The notes beneath the pieces were generated by a model, which was not told the DNA's origin, ran no database searches, and saw nothing but the letters and a program-made list of their open reading frames with translations. This document shows positions 9,675-21,668 of a stretch of DNA of 50,766 nucleotides, piece after piece; within the stretch, counting starts at the first letter, position 1; each line of letters opens with the position of its first letter. Position numbers and translations under genes: made by a program. The stretch comes from Thermoanaerobaculia bacterium (lineage in GTDB: Bacteria; Acidobacteriota; Thermoanaerobaculia; Multivoradales; UBA5704), in the NCBI GenBank assembly GCA_044226625.1, contig JBGAGQ010000048.1, forward strand, positions 1-50,766, read 5' to 3'.

Positions 9675-10391
9675 TCAGTGGGGCGGCGTCGCCTCGGGGG
9701 TCGGGGTGGGCTCGGGGGCGGCCGGCGCTTCGATCGAGAGCAGGTCGACCTCGAAGACGAGCGTCGCGCCCGGCTTGATCTTCGGCGGGGCGCCGCGGTC
9801 GCCGTAAGCCGTGTCGGACGGGCAGATCAGCTTCGCCTTGCCGCCCACCTTCATCTTCTGGACCCCCTCGGTCCAGCAGGGAATGACGCCGTTCAACGGG
9901 AAGGTGACCGGCTCGCCGCGATCGCGCGAGCTGTCGAAGACCTCGCCGCTGATCAGCGTGCCGTGGTAGTTGACCTTCACCTGGTCGGTCGCCTTCGGGC
10001 TCGCGCCGGTGCCGGCCGCGGTCTCGATGTAGATCACACCAGAGGGGAGTTTGGTGGCGTTCGGCTCGGTCGCGGCCTTGTCGAGAAAGGCCTTGCTCGC
10101 CTCTTTTTCCTTCCCGGCGGCCTTCGTGGCGCGGTCGGCGGCGAGCGCCTGGATCTTCGGTCCGAACTCCTCCAGGCTCACCTTCGGCGTGCCTCCGGCG
10201 ACGCCGTCGGCGAGGCCGAGCTGGACCATCTTGACCTCCTCGGGCGTCAGGCTGAACGGGGCGAGGTTGCGGCTGATCGCCACGCCGATGGCGTAGAGCG
10301 TCTTCTCCTCGTCGGTCTTGAGCTCTTGGGCGACCCCGATCTGCGCTCCGAGCAGCAGCGCGACGGCACCCGAAACGATGATTTTCTGCAT
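9675..10391 (-). CDS. FKBP-type peptidyl-prolyl isomerase (FkpA/Mip-like)
   Basis: Signal peptide, FKBP_N (KTLYAIG), VKVNYHGTL, VFDSS, VIPCWTEG, AYGDRG and TLVFEVDLL. Confidence 0.95.
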   Translation of the reverse strand: MQKIIVSGAVALLLGAQIGVAQELKTDEEKTLYAIGVAISRNLAPFSLTPEEVKMVQLGLADGVAGGTPKVSLEEFGPKIQALAADRATKAAGKEKEASKAFLDKAATEPNATKLPSGVIYIETAAGTGASPKATDQVKVNYHGTLISGEVFDSSRDRGEPVTFPLNGVIPCWTEGVQKMKVGGKAKLICPSDTAYGDRGAPPKIKPGATLVFEVDLLSIEAPAAPEPTPTPEATPPH

Positions 10392-10554
10392 TGCGGTCGA
10401 TCCTCTGGTAGGTGACCCCGATCGGAAGCCCGGCTAAGCCGGCTCCTCGGGGCGTGGCGAGCCGGGGGTGATGCGCTGCCCCGGGCGATTCGCCGGGACG
10501 AACGGGCAAGATCTCACATTGTAACGAGGCTCGCAAATGGTGCCCGAGATCTCC

Positions 10555-11328
10555 CTACTCTTTGAGCGTATCCATCAGGTCGACCATCAGATCGGCCTCT
10601 TCCCTGCTCAAGGGCGCCCAACCGTCGGGCGCGCCCAGATCGCGGAGGAGCTGGCGGTCCGCCTCGTTCTCGCCCAACCGCGCGAGGCCGGCAAGCAGGG
10701 CCGGAGCCAGCCCGGCCGCCCGGGGATGGAGCAGGAGGGAGTGACGCACGACGTAGATCCGGCTTTCGGCGATCGGCTGTAGCAGGTTCCGCGTCGCGGC
10801 GGAGAGCTCATGGAACGCGGCGGCAAGGAAGAAGCCGGCCTGCGCTTCGCCGTTGACGATCGCCTTGGCGACAAGGACGGGATTTCGCTTCTTGGCGATG
10901 ACGATCGCGTCGCCCAGGAGATCGACCGGTTCGAGGAGGATGCGGCAGATGCGCTCGACGTCGGGCGCGTCGGTTGCGGCGACCGACAGGGGCTGACCGT
11001 TTGCGATCCTTTGGAGACCTCGGAGATCGCCGGGCCCGCCGAGGGGCCCGTCCGCCGCGACGGCGATCAAGGCCTCGTCCGCCACTCCGGCGGGGCTCGC
11101 GAGCGGCAGATAACCACGCTCACGCAGCAGTAGCGCGGTGTCGCCGGCGTTGGCGAAGATCAGATCGACGGCGTCGCTGTCGATCGCGCGGTGCAATTCC
11201 GCGAAGTCGTCGAAGGCCGCCAGATGGATCGGCTCGCCGACGAGCTTCTGCAGGCGGGTGTTCAACACGAACCAGTGCGAGAGGTCGCGGAGGTTGACGT
11301 CCGGGCTGAGCGCGAACTGGTAGGTCAT
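10555..11328 (-). CDS. PhnD/phosphonate-binding-like (PBP2 fold) protein without signal peptide
   Basis: MTYQFALSPD, AIDSDAVDLIFAN, GYLPLA, VAKAIVNGEAQAGF; coupled to the PAS gene by a 4-nt overlap. Confidence 0.75.
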   Translation of the reverse strand: MTYQFALSPDVNLRDLSHWFVLNTRLQKLVGEPIHLAAFDDFAELHRAIDSDAVDLIFANAGDTALLLRERGYLPLASPAGVADEALIAVAADGPLGGPGDLRGLQRIANGQPLSVAATDAPDVERICRILLEPVDLLGDAIVIAKKRNPVLVAKAIVNGEAQAGFFLAAAFHELSAATRNLLQPIAESRIYVVRHSLLLHPRAAGLAPALLAGLARLGENEADRQLLRDLGAPDGWAPLSREEADLMVDLMDTLKE

Positions 11329-11825
11329 CGCACACCTCCTTCGGCCGCGGTTCCCTGGCGTAGGGCGTCGTAGTGCTTCTGCGCGGCCTCGACCTTCCGG
11401 CGCGACGGCTCGCGGCGGACCGAGGTGAAGCCGACCGTCCGGCCCCCGCGAAGCTTGGGGACGACCGTAGCGTAGACCCAGTAAAAGCCGCCGTCCTTCC
11501 GGAGGTTCTTGACGTAGCCGTTCCAGGTACGCCCTTCTTGGACTGTGTTCCAGAGGTCGGCGAACGCGGCCGCCGGCATGTCGGGATGGCGCAGCAGGTG
11601 GTGCGGCTGGCCGAGGAGCTCGTCCAGGGTGTAGCCGGACATGTGGACGAACGCCTCGTTGCACATCGTGATCGAGCCCGCGAGATCGGTCTGAGAGACG
11701 ATCAGTTCGCCGGGCGGGAACGGCGTTTCGACGTCGGTCACGAAGACTCGGCGCGAGGTGCCGTCATGGTATTGCAGGATCTCGGACCGGCCGTTTCCGG
11801 CCGCGTCGGGCTGCATGTCGTCCAT
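11325..11825 (-). CDS. Stand-alone Aer-type PAS domain protein
   Basis: LIVSQTDLAGSITMCNEAFVHMSGY, LRHPDMP, FADLW, WNGYVKNLRKDGGFYWV and FTSVR match the FAD-binding PAS of the aerotaxis receptor Aer; no MCP domain. Confidence 0.9.
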   Translation of the reverse strand: MDDMQPDAAGNGRSEILQYHDGTSRRVFVTDVETPFPPGELIVSQTDLAGSITMCNEAFVHMSGYTLDELLGQPHHLLRHPDMPAAAFADLWNTVQEGRTWNGYVKNLRKDGGFYWVYATVVPKLRGGRTVGFTSVRREPSRRKVEAAQKHYDALRQGTAAEGGVR

Positions 11826-11860
11826 TCCAAGGACCTTTCGGAGGCCGGAGCGGCGCGGTG

Positions 11861-12244
11861 TTACGCGCTCGAGCCGGCCAGCAGAGCTCGAACCGTGGCC
11901 GCGAGCTGGCGGCCGACATCGGCGGTGGGAGCGTCCGCTTCGACCACCGCAGCGAGCATCGCTTCGGCATCGAGCGGAAGGAAAAAGATCTGGCGGTCTT
12001 CCGCCGCCAGGTGAAGGTGATGGAGATTTCCGATCTCGAGATCCGCGCGCCCGCGCGCGATCAGCTCGAAAGCGGCGACGGCGAGCGCGTCGAGACGCTC
12101 CTCGAGCGCTCGCGACGCCAGTGAGGAGGCAAGCGAAAGGCCCGAGCCATCCACTAAGACGAGGCAGCGAATCCAACGCCAACGCCTCACGACGGCTTGG
12201 AGCTTCTCCTGGATCTCTTGGCCCCGTCCCGCGAACCGGCTCAT
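11861..12244 (-). CDS. Roadblock/LC7 domain protein (divergent)
   Basis: LVLVDGSGLSLASSL, ERLDALAVAAF and ADLEIGNL roadblock pattern; overlaps the neighbouring roadblock gene. Confidence 0.75.
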   Translation of the reverse strand: MSRFAGRGQEIQEKLQAVVRRWRWIRCLVLVDGSGLSLASSLASRALEERLDALAVAAFELIARGRADLEIGNLHHLHLAAEDRQIFFLPLDAEAMLAAVVEADAPTADVGRQLAATVRALLAGSSA

Positions 12245-12609
12245 ACCAACCTCGCGAGCTCCTGAGCCGCGCGTTTCATATCGAGCAGGACCATCCCCAA
12301 TTTACCCGCAGGACCGACGATCGCTTGTAAGACCGCTTCGGGTCCCGCCTGCATCAAGATCACGTATCCGTCGCTTCCTTTGACGTAAACCTGCTCCAGC
12401 GTGCCGCGCCGGAGCTCGTTGGCGGTCCTTTCTCCCAGCGAAAGGACCGCCGCGGCCATCGCGGAAACGCGGTCGTCATCGACGCCGGTGGGAAGCGCCG
12501 AGGAGAGGGGCAGGCCGTCGAGCGTCACCATCGCCGCCCCTTCGACGTCGGGCGTGGTGCTCACCAGAGTCCGGAGAACTTGTTGCATCTGTTCGGCGCG
12601 GTTCGCCAT
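12241..12609 (-). CDS. Roadblock/LC7 (MglB-like) protein
   Basis: DVEGAAMVTLDGLPLSSALP, DRVSAMAAAVLSLGER, ELRRGTLEQVYVKG and KLGMVLLDMKR. Confidence 0.93.
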   Translation of the reverse strand: MANRAEQMQQVLRTLVSTTPDVEGAAMVTLDGLPLSSALPTGVDDDRVSAMAAAVLSLGERTANELRRGTLEQVYVKGSDGYVILMQAGPEAVLQAIVGPAGKLGMVLLDMKRAAQELARLV

Positions 12610-12704
12610 CTCAAATCCTTTCTAAATCCTGATGGCCCGCGGGTGAGGAACCGCGTTCCGGCGTTCATGAGTACGGAGGGACGGTGGTTGCCGGACGAAA
12701 GGGC

Positions 12705-13793
12705 TCATCGCGCAATCTCCTCGACTCCATCCAGTCGCCGTTCGAACGCCCGAACCGCGGCGCCGATCTCTGCGATCGCATCCTCGGCGCTTCCGACGGC
12801 GAGGGCGGTCCCGGGGGGCAGAAGGCTCTGCCACCGCTCGGCCTCGTCTCGCGCGCTACCTCCCAGGTGGAAGACCGCGAGGGCGAGCGACGGCGCGAGG
12901 GACTCGAGGACGAAACGGTTGCGCCGCGAGATCGGCAACGCGGTGAGCGACAGAAAACAGCCCGAGGGCAAGCGGCAGCGAAGGAACGAAGGCGCGGCCG
13001 CGTCGACTTTCACCGAAGAGCGCGAGGCTCCGAGCGCTTCCTCGATGCGATGGAGCCAATCGTCCACCTCCTCGCTTCGTTCTGGATCGTAGGCGAGCAG
13101 GGCGCGCACGATCCGATGGACTTCGGGCCGAGCGTGGCCGAGGTTTTTTCGTTCCTCGATCGATTCGCTCGCGCCCAAGAATCCCTCCTCGATCAGCCGG
13201 GCGACCGCGAAGCCCACGGTCACCGGCGCGAAAGGAAGGTCACTCTCGAGCTCGCGGCGTGAGATTCCGGGTTGCCGCTCGACCCGTTCCAGCACGGCGG
13301 CCGAGCCGCGAATCGCGAGGAGCGCGGCGGGCGGCGCCTGCTCGATCGAGCGATAGAGCGACTCGTGCCTTGTGGGAACGAGCGCGCTCCGCGCTTCGAT
13401 CTCATCGGCGAGCTGAACCGCTTCGAGCAGAAGGTGCGAGACCGCGAGAGGTTCCTCTCGGACGACGGCGGCCGCGCCGCCGTCGTCCGCTTGGTCGGCT
13501 TCGAATCGGAACGCGCCGACTTTCCACCAGACGAACGAAAGCGCCGCCTCCCAGCCTTGGAGATCGCCGCATTCGACGTCGATCAGGCCGCCGGGCACGA
13601 CGCGGCAGCGCGCCACCCGTCCCTCGCCCCGAAGCGTGAGAGTGCCTCGCTTGCCGAGGTATTGGAAGACTTGAAGGAGCTCGAAGGCGTTCAGGCAGGA
13701 AAGGTCTCCCGAGAAGCCGCCCGCGGGGCCACCGGTCATTCGCTCGAAAGGAAACACCGGGGCGGGCCGCCGTTCGATCAAAGCCGTCGCCAT
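12705..13793 (-). CDS. DUF4388 (PATAN-like) - winged HTH - degenerate small-GTPase-like protein
   Basis: GFSGDLSCLNAFELLQ, KRGTLTL, WWKVGAFRFE and LLLEAVQLADE indicate DUF4388; helix-turn-helix SRRELESDLPFAPVTVGFAVARLIEEGFL; C-terminal alpha/beta domain (see findings). Confidence 0.8.
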   Translation of the reverse strand: MATALIERRPAPVFPFERMTGGPAGGFSGDLSCLNAFELLQVFQYLGKRGTLTLRGEGRVARCRVVPGGLIDVECGDLQGWEAALSFVWWKVGAFRFEADQADDGGAAAVVREEPLAVSHLLLEAVQLADEIEARSALVPTRHESLYRSIEQAPPAALLAIRGSAAVLERVERQPGISRRELESDLPFAPVTVGFAVARLIEEGFLGASESIEERKNLGHARPEVHRIVRALLAYDPERSEEVDDWLHRIEEALGASRSSVKVDAAAPSFLRCRLPSGCFLSLTALPISRRNRFVLESLAPSLALAVFHLGGSARDEAERWQSLLPPGTALAVGSAEDAIAEIGAAVRAFERRLDGVEEIAR

Positions 13794-13998
13794 ACGATTC
13801 GCTCGTCCACGCTTTGAATAACAGCAACTTTCGTGCCCCTCGGTCGGAGGATTGAATTCAGCGTTTGAGCTATCGTCGCGCTGCCTGATTCCGTTTGCAA
13901 ACAACGCTCGATCCGGCCGCGTGAACGAAAGAGACAGTCCTACCCAGACGGGTGGTTTTCTCCCCCGTCTTCTCCATCGAACCGCGGAAAGGAAGGAA

Positions 13999-14024
13999 TC
14001 TCGGGGTGGGTACCTACCCCGAGA
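13999..14024. repeat. 26-bp near-perfect palindrome upstream of the DUF4388 operon
   Basis: TCTCGGGGTGGGTACCTACCCCGAGA is self-complementary except for one G.T pair. Confidence 0.7.
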
Positions 14025-14055
14025 GGTGGGCCTGCTATCGAAACGTTTCTTTCGC

Positions 14056-14095
14056 CGCGATCCGGCCATCCTCCGAACGGAGCGGCCGGATCGCG
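14056..14095. terminator. Strong hairpin downstream of the RND operon
   Basis: CGCGATCCGGCC...GGCCGGATCGCG with an inner CTCCG/CGGAG stem, 10 nt after the stop at 14106; no clear U-tract. Confidence 0.5.
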
Positions 14096-14105
14096 ATCGC
14101 CAGGG

Positions 14106-14290
14106 TCAACCTGCCATCCCCGCCTTGTGGAGGATCGTCATCATCGGGCACCAATTGGTAAACGCCGATTGCAGAAGATTCAAACCGGCGAAGGCCGTGA
14201 GCAGGTAACCATAAGGGTGCACGAAGTAGCCGAACGCCAACGACAGCAGGACGACGGCACCGGCGATGCCGCGGAGCGCTTTTTCGACGG

Positions 14291-14294
<4 letters not shown>
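14106..14294 (-). CDS. DUF2892 (YgaP-like membrane) protein
   Basis: MTVEKALRGIAG...GLNLLQSAFTNWCPMM, with the family's conserved WCP. Confidence 0.9.
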
Positions 14295-17715
<3,421 letters not shown>

Positions 17716-17719
<4 letters not shown>

Positions 17720-18828
17720 GGGCGCACCTCGATCGGGGTTCCCTCGGCCGGCGCGTGGGGAAGCCCGAGCGCTACGCTCTCGCCGCCCGAGAGGCCGGAG
17801 AGCACCTCGACCCGGCCGGAACCGGAGGTGCCCGCCGCCGGGTCACCGACCGTGATGACGCGGCTCTCGCTCTTGCCTTCGGCGGTCCGGACGACCACCA
17901 AGGTGAGGCCGCCGCTTTCGATCAGCGCGTCCTTGGGCACCTCGACGGCTTCGCCGCCCCCGGCCGGAACGTAGGCGCGGCCCGCGGCGCCGGCCGGAAT
18001 CTCGCCCACTCGTACCGACGGGAGGTCGACCTTGACCGTGTAGGAGTGGGTCATCGGATCGGGACCGGGCGAGATCTCGGCGATCGTCCCGGCGATCTCG
18101 CCGAGGTCCGGCCGCGCGTCTAGCGAGACCGTGAGAGAAGCGCCGGGCGCGAGGGTGGCGGCCCGGGCGATCGTCTCCGGTACCGCGATCGCCAGCCGCC
18201 GGCCGTTGCGGGACTCGATCGTGACCAGCGGGCGCCCGGGGGCGGCGAGGTCTCCGACCTCCACCATGCGGGCGGTGACCCGGCCCGCGAACGGCGCGAC
18301 GACGCTCGAGTCGCGGGCGACCGAAGAGGCCGCCGCGACCGCGCCGCGCGCCTGCGCCACCGCTCCCTGCGCCTGGGCGAACTGGCTCTTAGCGAGGTCT
18401 AGCTCGAGCTCGGAGGCGGCCTGCTTTTCGGCGAGCGCCCGGTAGCGCTCGAAATTCCGCTGCGCCAGGGCGAGAGCGGCCTCCGCTTGGGCCAGGGCGC
18501 CGCGAGCCTGCGCGACCTGGCCTTCGGCGGCGCTGGGGTCGATCGAAATCAGCCGTTGGCCGGCGCGCACCTCGTCGCCCAGCTGGACGTGGATTGCCGA
18601 GACGGCTGCCATCACCCGGGAGGAGACGGAGGCCGATCTCTCGGCCTCGACCGTACCCGCGATCTCGATCCGGCGCGTGGCCGAGAGCCGTTCGGCGACC
18701 GCCACGCGGGCCGCGATTCCGGCTGCGGGCGCGACGGCGGGCGGCGGGGGAGTGCGGTGGCCGCAGGCGAGCGAGCCGGCCGCGAGGACGAAGGCGAGTA
18801 TGGAAAGCGGGGCGAAACGGTTGCTCAC
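17716..18828 (-). CDS. RND periplasmic adaptor (membrane fusion lipoprotein)
   Basis: Lipobox SLAC; lipoyl halves VQLGDEVRAGQRL and APFAGRVTARMVEVGDLAAPG; helical hairpin. Confidence 0.93.
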
Positions 18829-20267
18829 GGCAGGGTTCTCCGGGACGACGTGTCGTTCGTGTCGTTCGAGGGTGTGAGGATCGATTCGGGCGCTTGCCCC
18901 GCGGCGAGGTTCAGCCGCAGGTGGGCGAGCCAGGCGTCGGCGCGCGCGACGAGCTCGCGCATCTGGGCTTCCCGGCGCGAGGTCGCGGCGTCGAGCAGGT
19001 CGGTCGAGCGGACCACTCCGGCTTTGAAACGTTCTTCGACGATCCGTAGAGCTTCGATCGCGGCGGTGAGCGCGGAGCCGGAGGTCGCGCGCCGCTCCTC
19101 CGCCGACACGGCGCTTTCGTAGGCGGCGCGAGTTTCGAGACGGATTCCTTCCGCCATCCGGTCGACGTCGGCACGGCCGGCCGCCGCCTCCGCCTGGGCC
19201 GCCGACACGGCGGCCCGCTTGCGCCCGCCGTCGAACAGATCGAAGCTCGCCATCGCGGCGATCGTGGTCGAGTCGCCATGGCCGCCGAACGGCCGGTCGT
19301 CCACGAGGTCGTGGCGGGCCACCAGGCCGATCCTCGGCAGGATCGCGCCGCGGAGCGCCCGCGCTTCGAGGTCGCCCGCTTCGAGGAGCTTGCGCGCGGA
19401 GGCGAGGTCGGCTCGGTCGGCGGAGGCGGCGAGCCAGCGCTCCGGATCGGCGTCGAGCGTCGGGGGCGGAAGAAGCGGTGCCAGGGCGTACGACGTGCCG
19501 AGCGGCTCGCCCAAGCGGAACGCGAGGTTCGCCTCGGCCACCCGGGCGTTACCGCGCGCCTCGGCGAGCAGGTCGTCGATCCGTGCGAGCTCGACCTCCG
19601 CTCGCAGAAGGTCGGAAGAGACGAGCATCCCCTGCTCGGCGAAGCTCTTCGCCAGATCGACGTGGGCGGCGACGGTGGCGCGCGACGTCTCGAGCAGGGC
19701 GACCGCCTCGCGCGCCTGCGCCAGGCGGATCCACGCTTCGGCGGCGGCTACCGCCGCCTGGTCGCCCACCCGACCGGTGGTGTCTCCTGCCGCTTGGGCT
19801 GCCAGACGCGCTTGGCGGGCTCGCGTCGCAAGCTCGCCGCCGGTCCAGATCGGCACTTCGACCTCCAGGCGGGTGATCGCCGTGTTCAACGGGTCGGGAT
19901 CGTTGGGATTGCCCTGGACGAACGCCGGAAAGGAAAAGCGTTCCTGGTTGAGCAGCAGCCCGAACGCGTCGGCGGGGGCGTCGGTGCGGAGCCACTGCTC
20001 GGATAGGCGTACCACGGGCAGCCGGTAGGAGAGCGCCTGACGCACTTTGGCGTTCGCGCCTTGCTCTCGCGCCTGCGCCGCCGCCACCTCTCGCGCCCCG
20101 GACCGCCCTCGCGCGAGGGCCTCGGCGAGCGAGATCGGCGCCGGTTTGCCCGGTGGGCTCTCGGATTGGGGATCGGCTGGGAGCTCGGCCCGGGCGGGCA
20201 GGGCCGGCAGCACCGGCAGGACCGCCAGGGCCGATAGCCCGAGGACTCTCAAACGTGCGCTCACCAT
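18825..20267 (-). CDS. TolC-family outer membrane efflux protein
   Basis: Signal peptide, duplicated OEP halves (VPIWTGG / FDLFDGG; ERFKAGVVRSTDLLDA); AAGGAG SD. Confidence 0.93.
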   Translation of the reverse strand: MVSARLRVLGLSALAVLPVLPALPARAELPADPQSESPPGKPAPISLAEALARGRSGAREVAAAQAREQGANAKVRQALSYRLPVVRLSEQWLRTDAPADAFGLLLNQERFSFPAFVQGNPNDPDPLNTAITRLEVEVPIWTGGELATRARQARLAAQAAGDTTGRVGDQAAVAAAEAWIRLAQAREAVALLETSRATVAAHVDLAKSFAEQGMLVSSDLLRAEVELARIDDLLAEARGNARVAEANLAFRLGEPLGTSYALAPLLPPPTLDADPERWLAASADRADLASARKLLEAGDLEARALRGAILPRIGLVARHDLVDDRPFGGHGDSTTIAAMASFDLFDGGRKRAAVSAAQAEAAAGRADVDRMAEGIRLETRAAYESAVSAEERRATSGSALTAAIEALRIVEERFKAGVVRSTDLLDAATSRREAQMRELVARADAWLAHLRLNLAAGQAPESILTPSNDTNDTSSRRTLP

Positions 20268-20321
20268 CGAAGCTCTCCTTCCGCAAGGGCGCCGGCCATC
20301 GAGCCGTGCGCTCTATCGGGG

Positions 20322-20350
20322 AAGAGGCGGGGGAGCGGAGAAAGGTTCCC
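20322..20350 (-). promoter_or_regulatory. Putative ECF-sigma promoter for the tolC-MFP-RND operon
   Basis: Minus strand GGGAACC-TTTCTCCGCTCCCCCGC(17 nt)-CTCTT; same boxes and spacing as 21319-21347. Confidence 0.65.
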
Positions 20351-20425
20351 GCGGTCGGATGGAGGACCGCGGCGGCGCCGGTGCTCGTGGGGAGGCGGGC
20401 TGGACGGCCGAGAGGAGCGGTCGGC

Positions 20426-21295
20426 CTACTTTTGGCTTTCGGAGCTCGCGGGACTCAGTGTACCCCTGGGGCTCCCGGAGCCTCCGGTACCTCCCGCGAG
20501 CACCGCGAGCAGTTGGTCGCGGAATCCGGGCGGGAGGGTGTCGCGGTCGAGCGTGCCGCAAACCGAGGCGGCGAGGTCGAGGGTGGCGAAGACCGTCGCG
20601 CAGCGCTCGCAGAGTGCGCCCGAGGAATAGGGGAACGGCACCCCCTGGTCGAAGGCGGAAAGGCGTGCGCGCAAGAGATCGAGGCAGACCTCGCGCGTGT
20701 GGGGAGAATGAGGTGCGGCCGCGCGCTGCGGCAGGCCGCGCGCAAGGATCTCGCGCAGCTTGAGGCGCGCACGATGGATGCGCGTCTTCACCGTCGCCTC
20801 TTGGAGGCCGAGGATCGCCGCGATCTCGCTCAGCTTGAGCTCCGCGACGTCGGCGAGGAGGAGCGGGATGCGAAACGCCTCGGGCAGCACCATGAGCCCC
20901 TGCTCGACTAGCTCCCGGGCCTCGGCCCGCAGACGGTCGTCGTGCGGATCGGCCGACGGAGCCGGGAGCTCGGGCACCGGAGCGTCCGGCCGGGGCAGCA
21001 ACTCGTCGAACGAGGCGAGGTGCTTCGGCTCGCCCGCACGCTTTCGCCGCATCCGCTGGCAAGCGCGGTGGGCGATCGCGAACAGCCAGGGGCGGGGATT
21101 CTCGGGATTTTCCAGCTGGTCGATCGCTCGGAACGCGTGGAGGAAAGTGTCCTGCACCAGATCGTCGGCGTCGCGTCCGCTGCAGATCCGGCGGGCGAGG
21201 GCGTGAACGCGCGGCCCTTCCCGCTCGAACAGCGCGACCACTCGATCCTCCGGAGCCGAGCTGCCGGACCGGTTGGCGATGTCGACCGATTCCAC
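20426..21295 (-). CDS. ECF sigma factor with C-terminal Cys-rich anti-sigma-like extension
   Basis: Sigma2 DADDLVQDTFLHAF and WLFAIA; sigma4 LSEIAAILGLQEATVKTRIHRARLKL; tail VCLDLL...LCERC...VC...LPPGFRDQL. Confidence 0.9.
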   Translation of the reverse strand: MESVDIANRSGSSAPEDRVVALFEREGPRVHALARRICSGRDADDLVQDTFLHAFRAIDQLENPENPRPWLFAIAHRACQRMRRKRAGEPKHLASFDELLPRPDAPVPELPAPSADPHDDRLRAEARELVEQGLMVLPEAFRIPLLLADVAELKLSEIAAILGLQEATVKTRIHRARLKLREILARGLPQRAAAPHSPHTREVCLDLLRARLSAFDQGVPFPYSSGALCERCATVFATLDLAASVCGTLDRDTLPPGFRDQLLAVLAGGTGGSGSPRGTLSPASSESQK

Positions 21296-21318
21296 GGTTG
21301 CGAGTCTACCGCGCGGGC

Positions 21319-21347
21319 GGGAACCTTTTCCTCGCCCCGTGTCTCTT
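21319..21347 (+). promoter_or_regulatory. Putative ECF-sigma promoter for the DUF2892 gene
   Basis: GGGAACC-TTTTCCTCGCCCCGTGT(17 nt)-CTCTT, about 60 nt upstream of ATG 21407. Confidence 0.65.
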
Positions 21348-21406
21348 GAACGGTTGGAGGGCGCCGCGGCGATTTCCGCCGCGGTCGCGACGGAGGGACT
21401 GGAACC

Positions 21407-21613
21407 ATGGCCACCTTGCTGCCGAGAAACGAAGGGACGCTCGACCGGACGATGCGTGTCCTCCTGGGGCTCGCGCTGTTGTCGATCGTCTTCGTGGGGC
21501 CGAAGACCCTCTGGGGTCTCGTCGGCCTGGTACCGCTGGTCACCGGCCTGATCGGCAGCTGCCCCCTGTACACGCTTCTCGGCCTGCGCACCTGTCCGGT
21601 CGAGCCGCGGTAA
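21407..21613 (+). CDS. DUF2892 (YgaP-like) protein
   Basis: NEGTLDRTMRVLLG, WGLVGLVPLVTG and CPLYTLLGLRTCP. Confidence 0.93.
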   Translation: MATLLPRNEGTLDRTMRVLLGLALLSIVFVGPKTLWGLVGLVPLVTGLIGSCPLYTLLGLRTCPVEPR

Positions 21614-21668
21614 TCGGCGGCTTCTTTAGGGCGGCGGCGGGGACCCTCCGAGGGTATCCTCGCGGCGC

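Noticed and set aside
10555-11328. Phosphonate uptake system
   Set aside because: No signal peptide and no phnC/phnE genes; context is signalling.
12622-12834. 70-aa ORF as the missing MglA
   Set aside because: No P-loop, Arg-rich, and it overlaps the DUF4388 gene out of frame.
21639-21660. CsoR-like operator (ACCCTCCGAGGGTAT)
   Set aside because: Only a partial match, it overlaps the TATCCT -10 box of rluD, and no CsoR gene is nearby.
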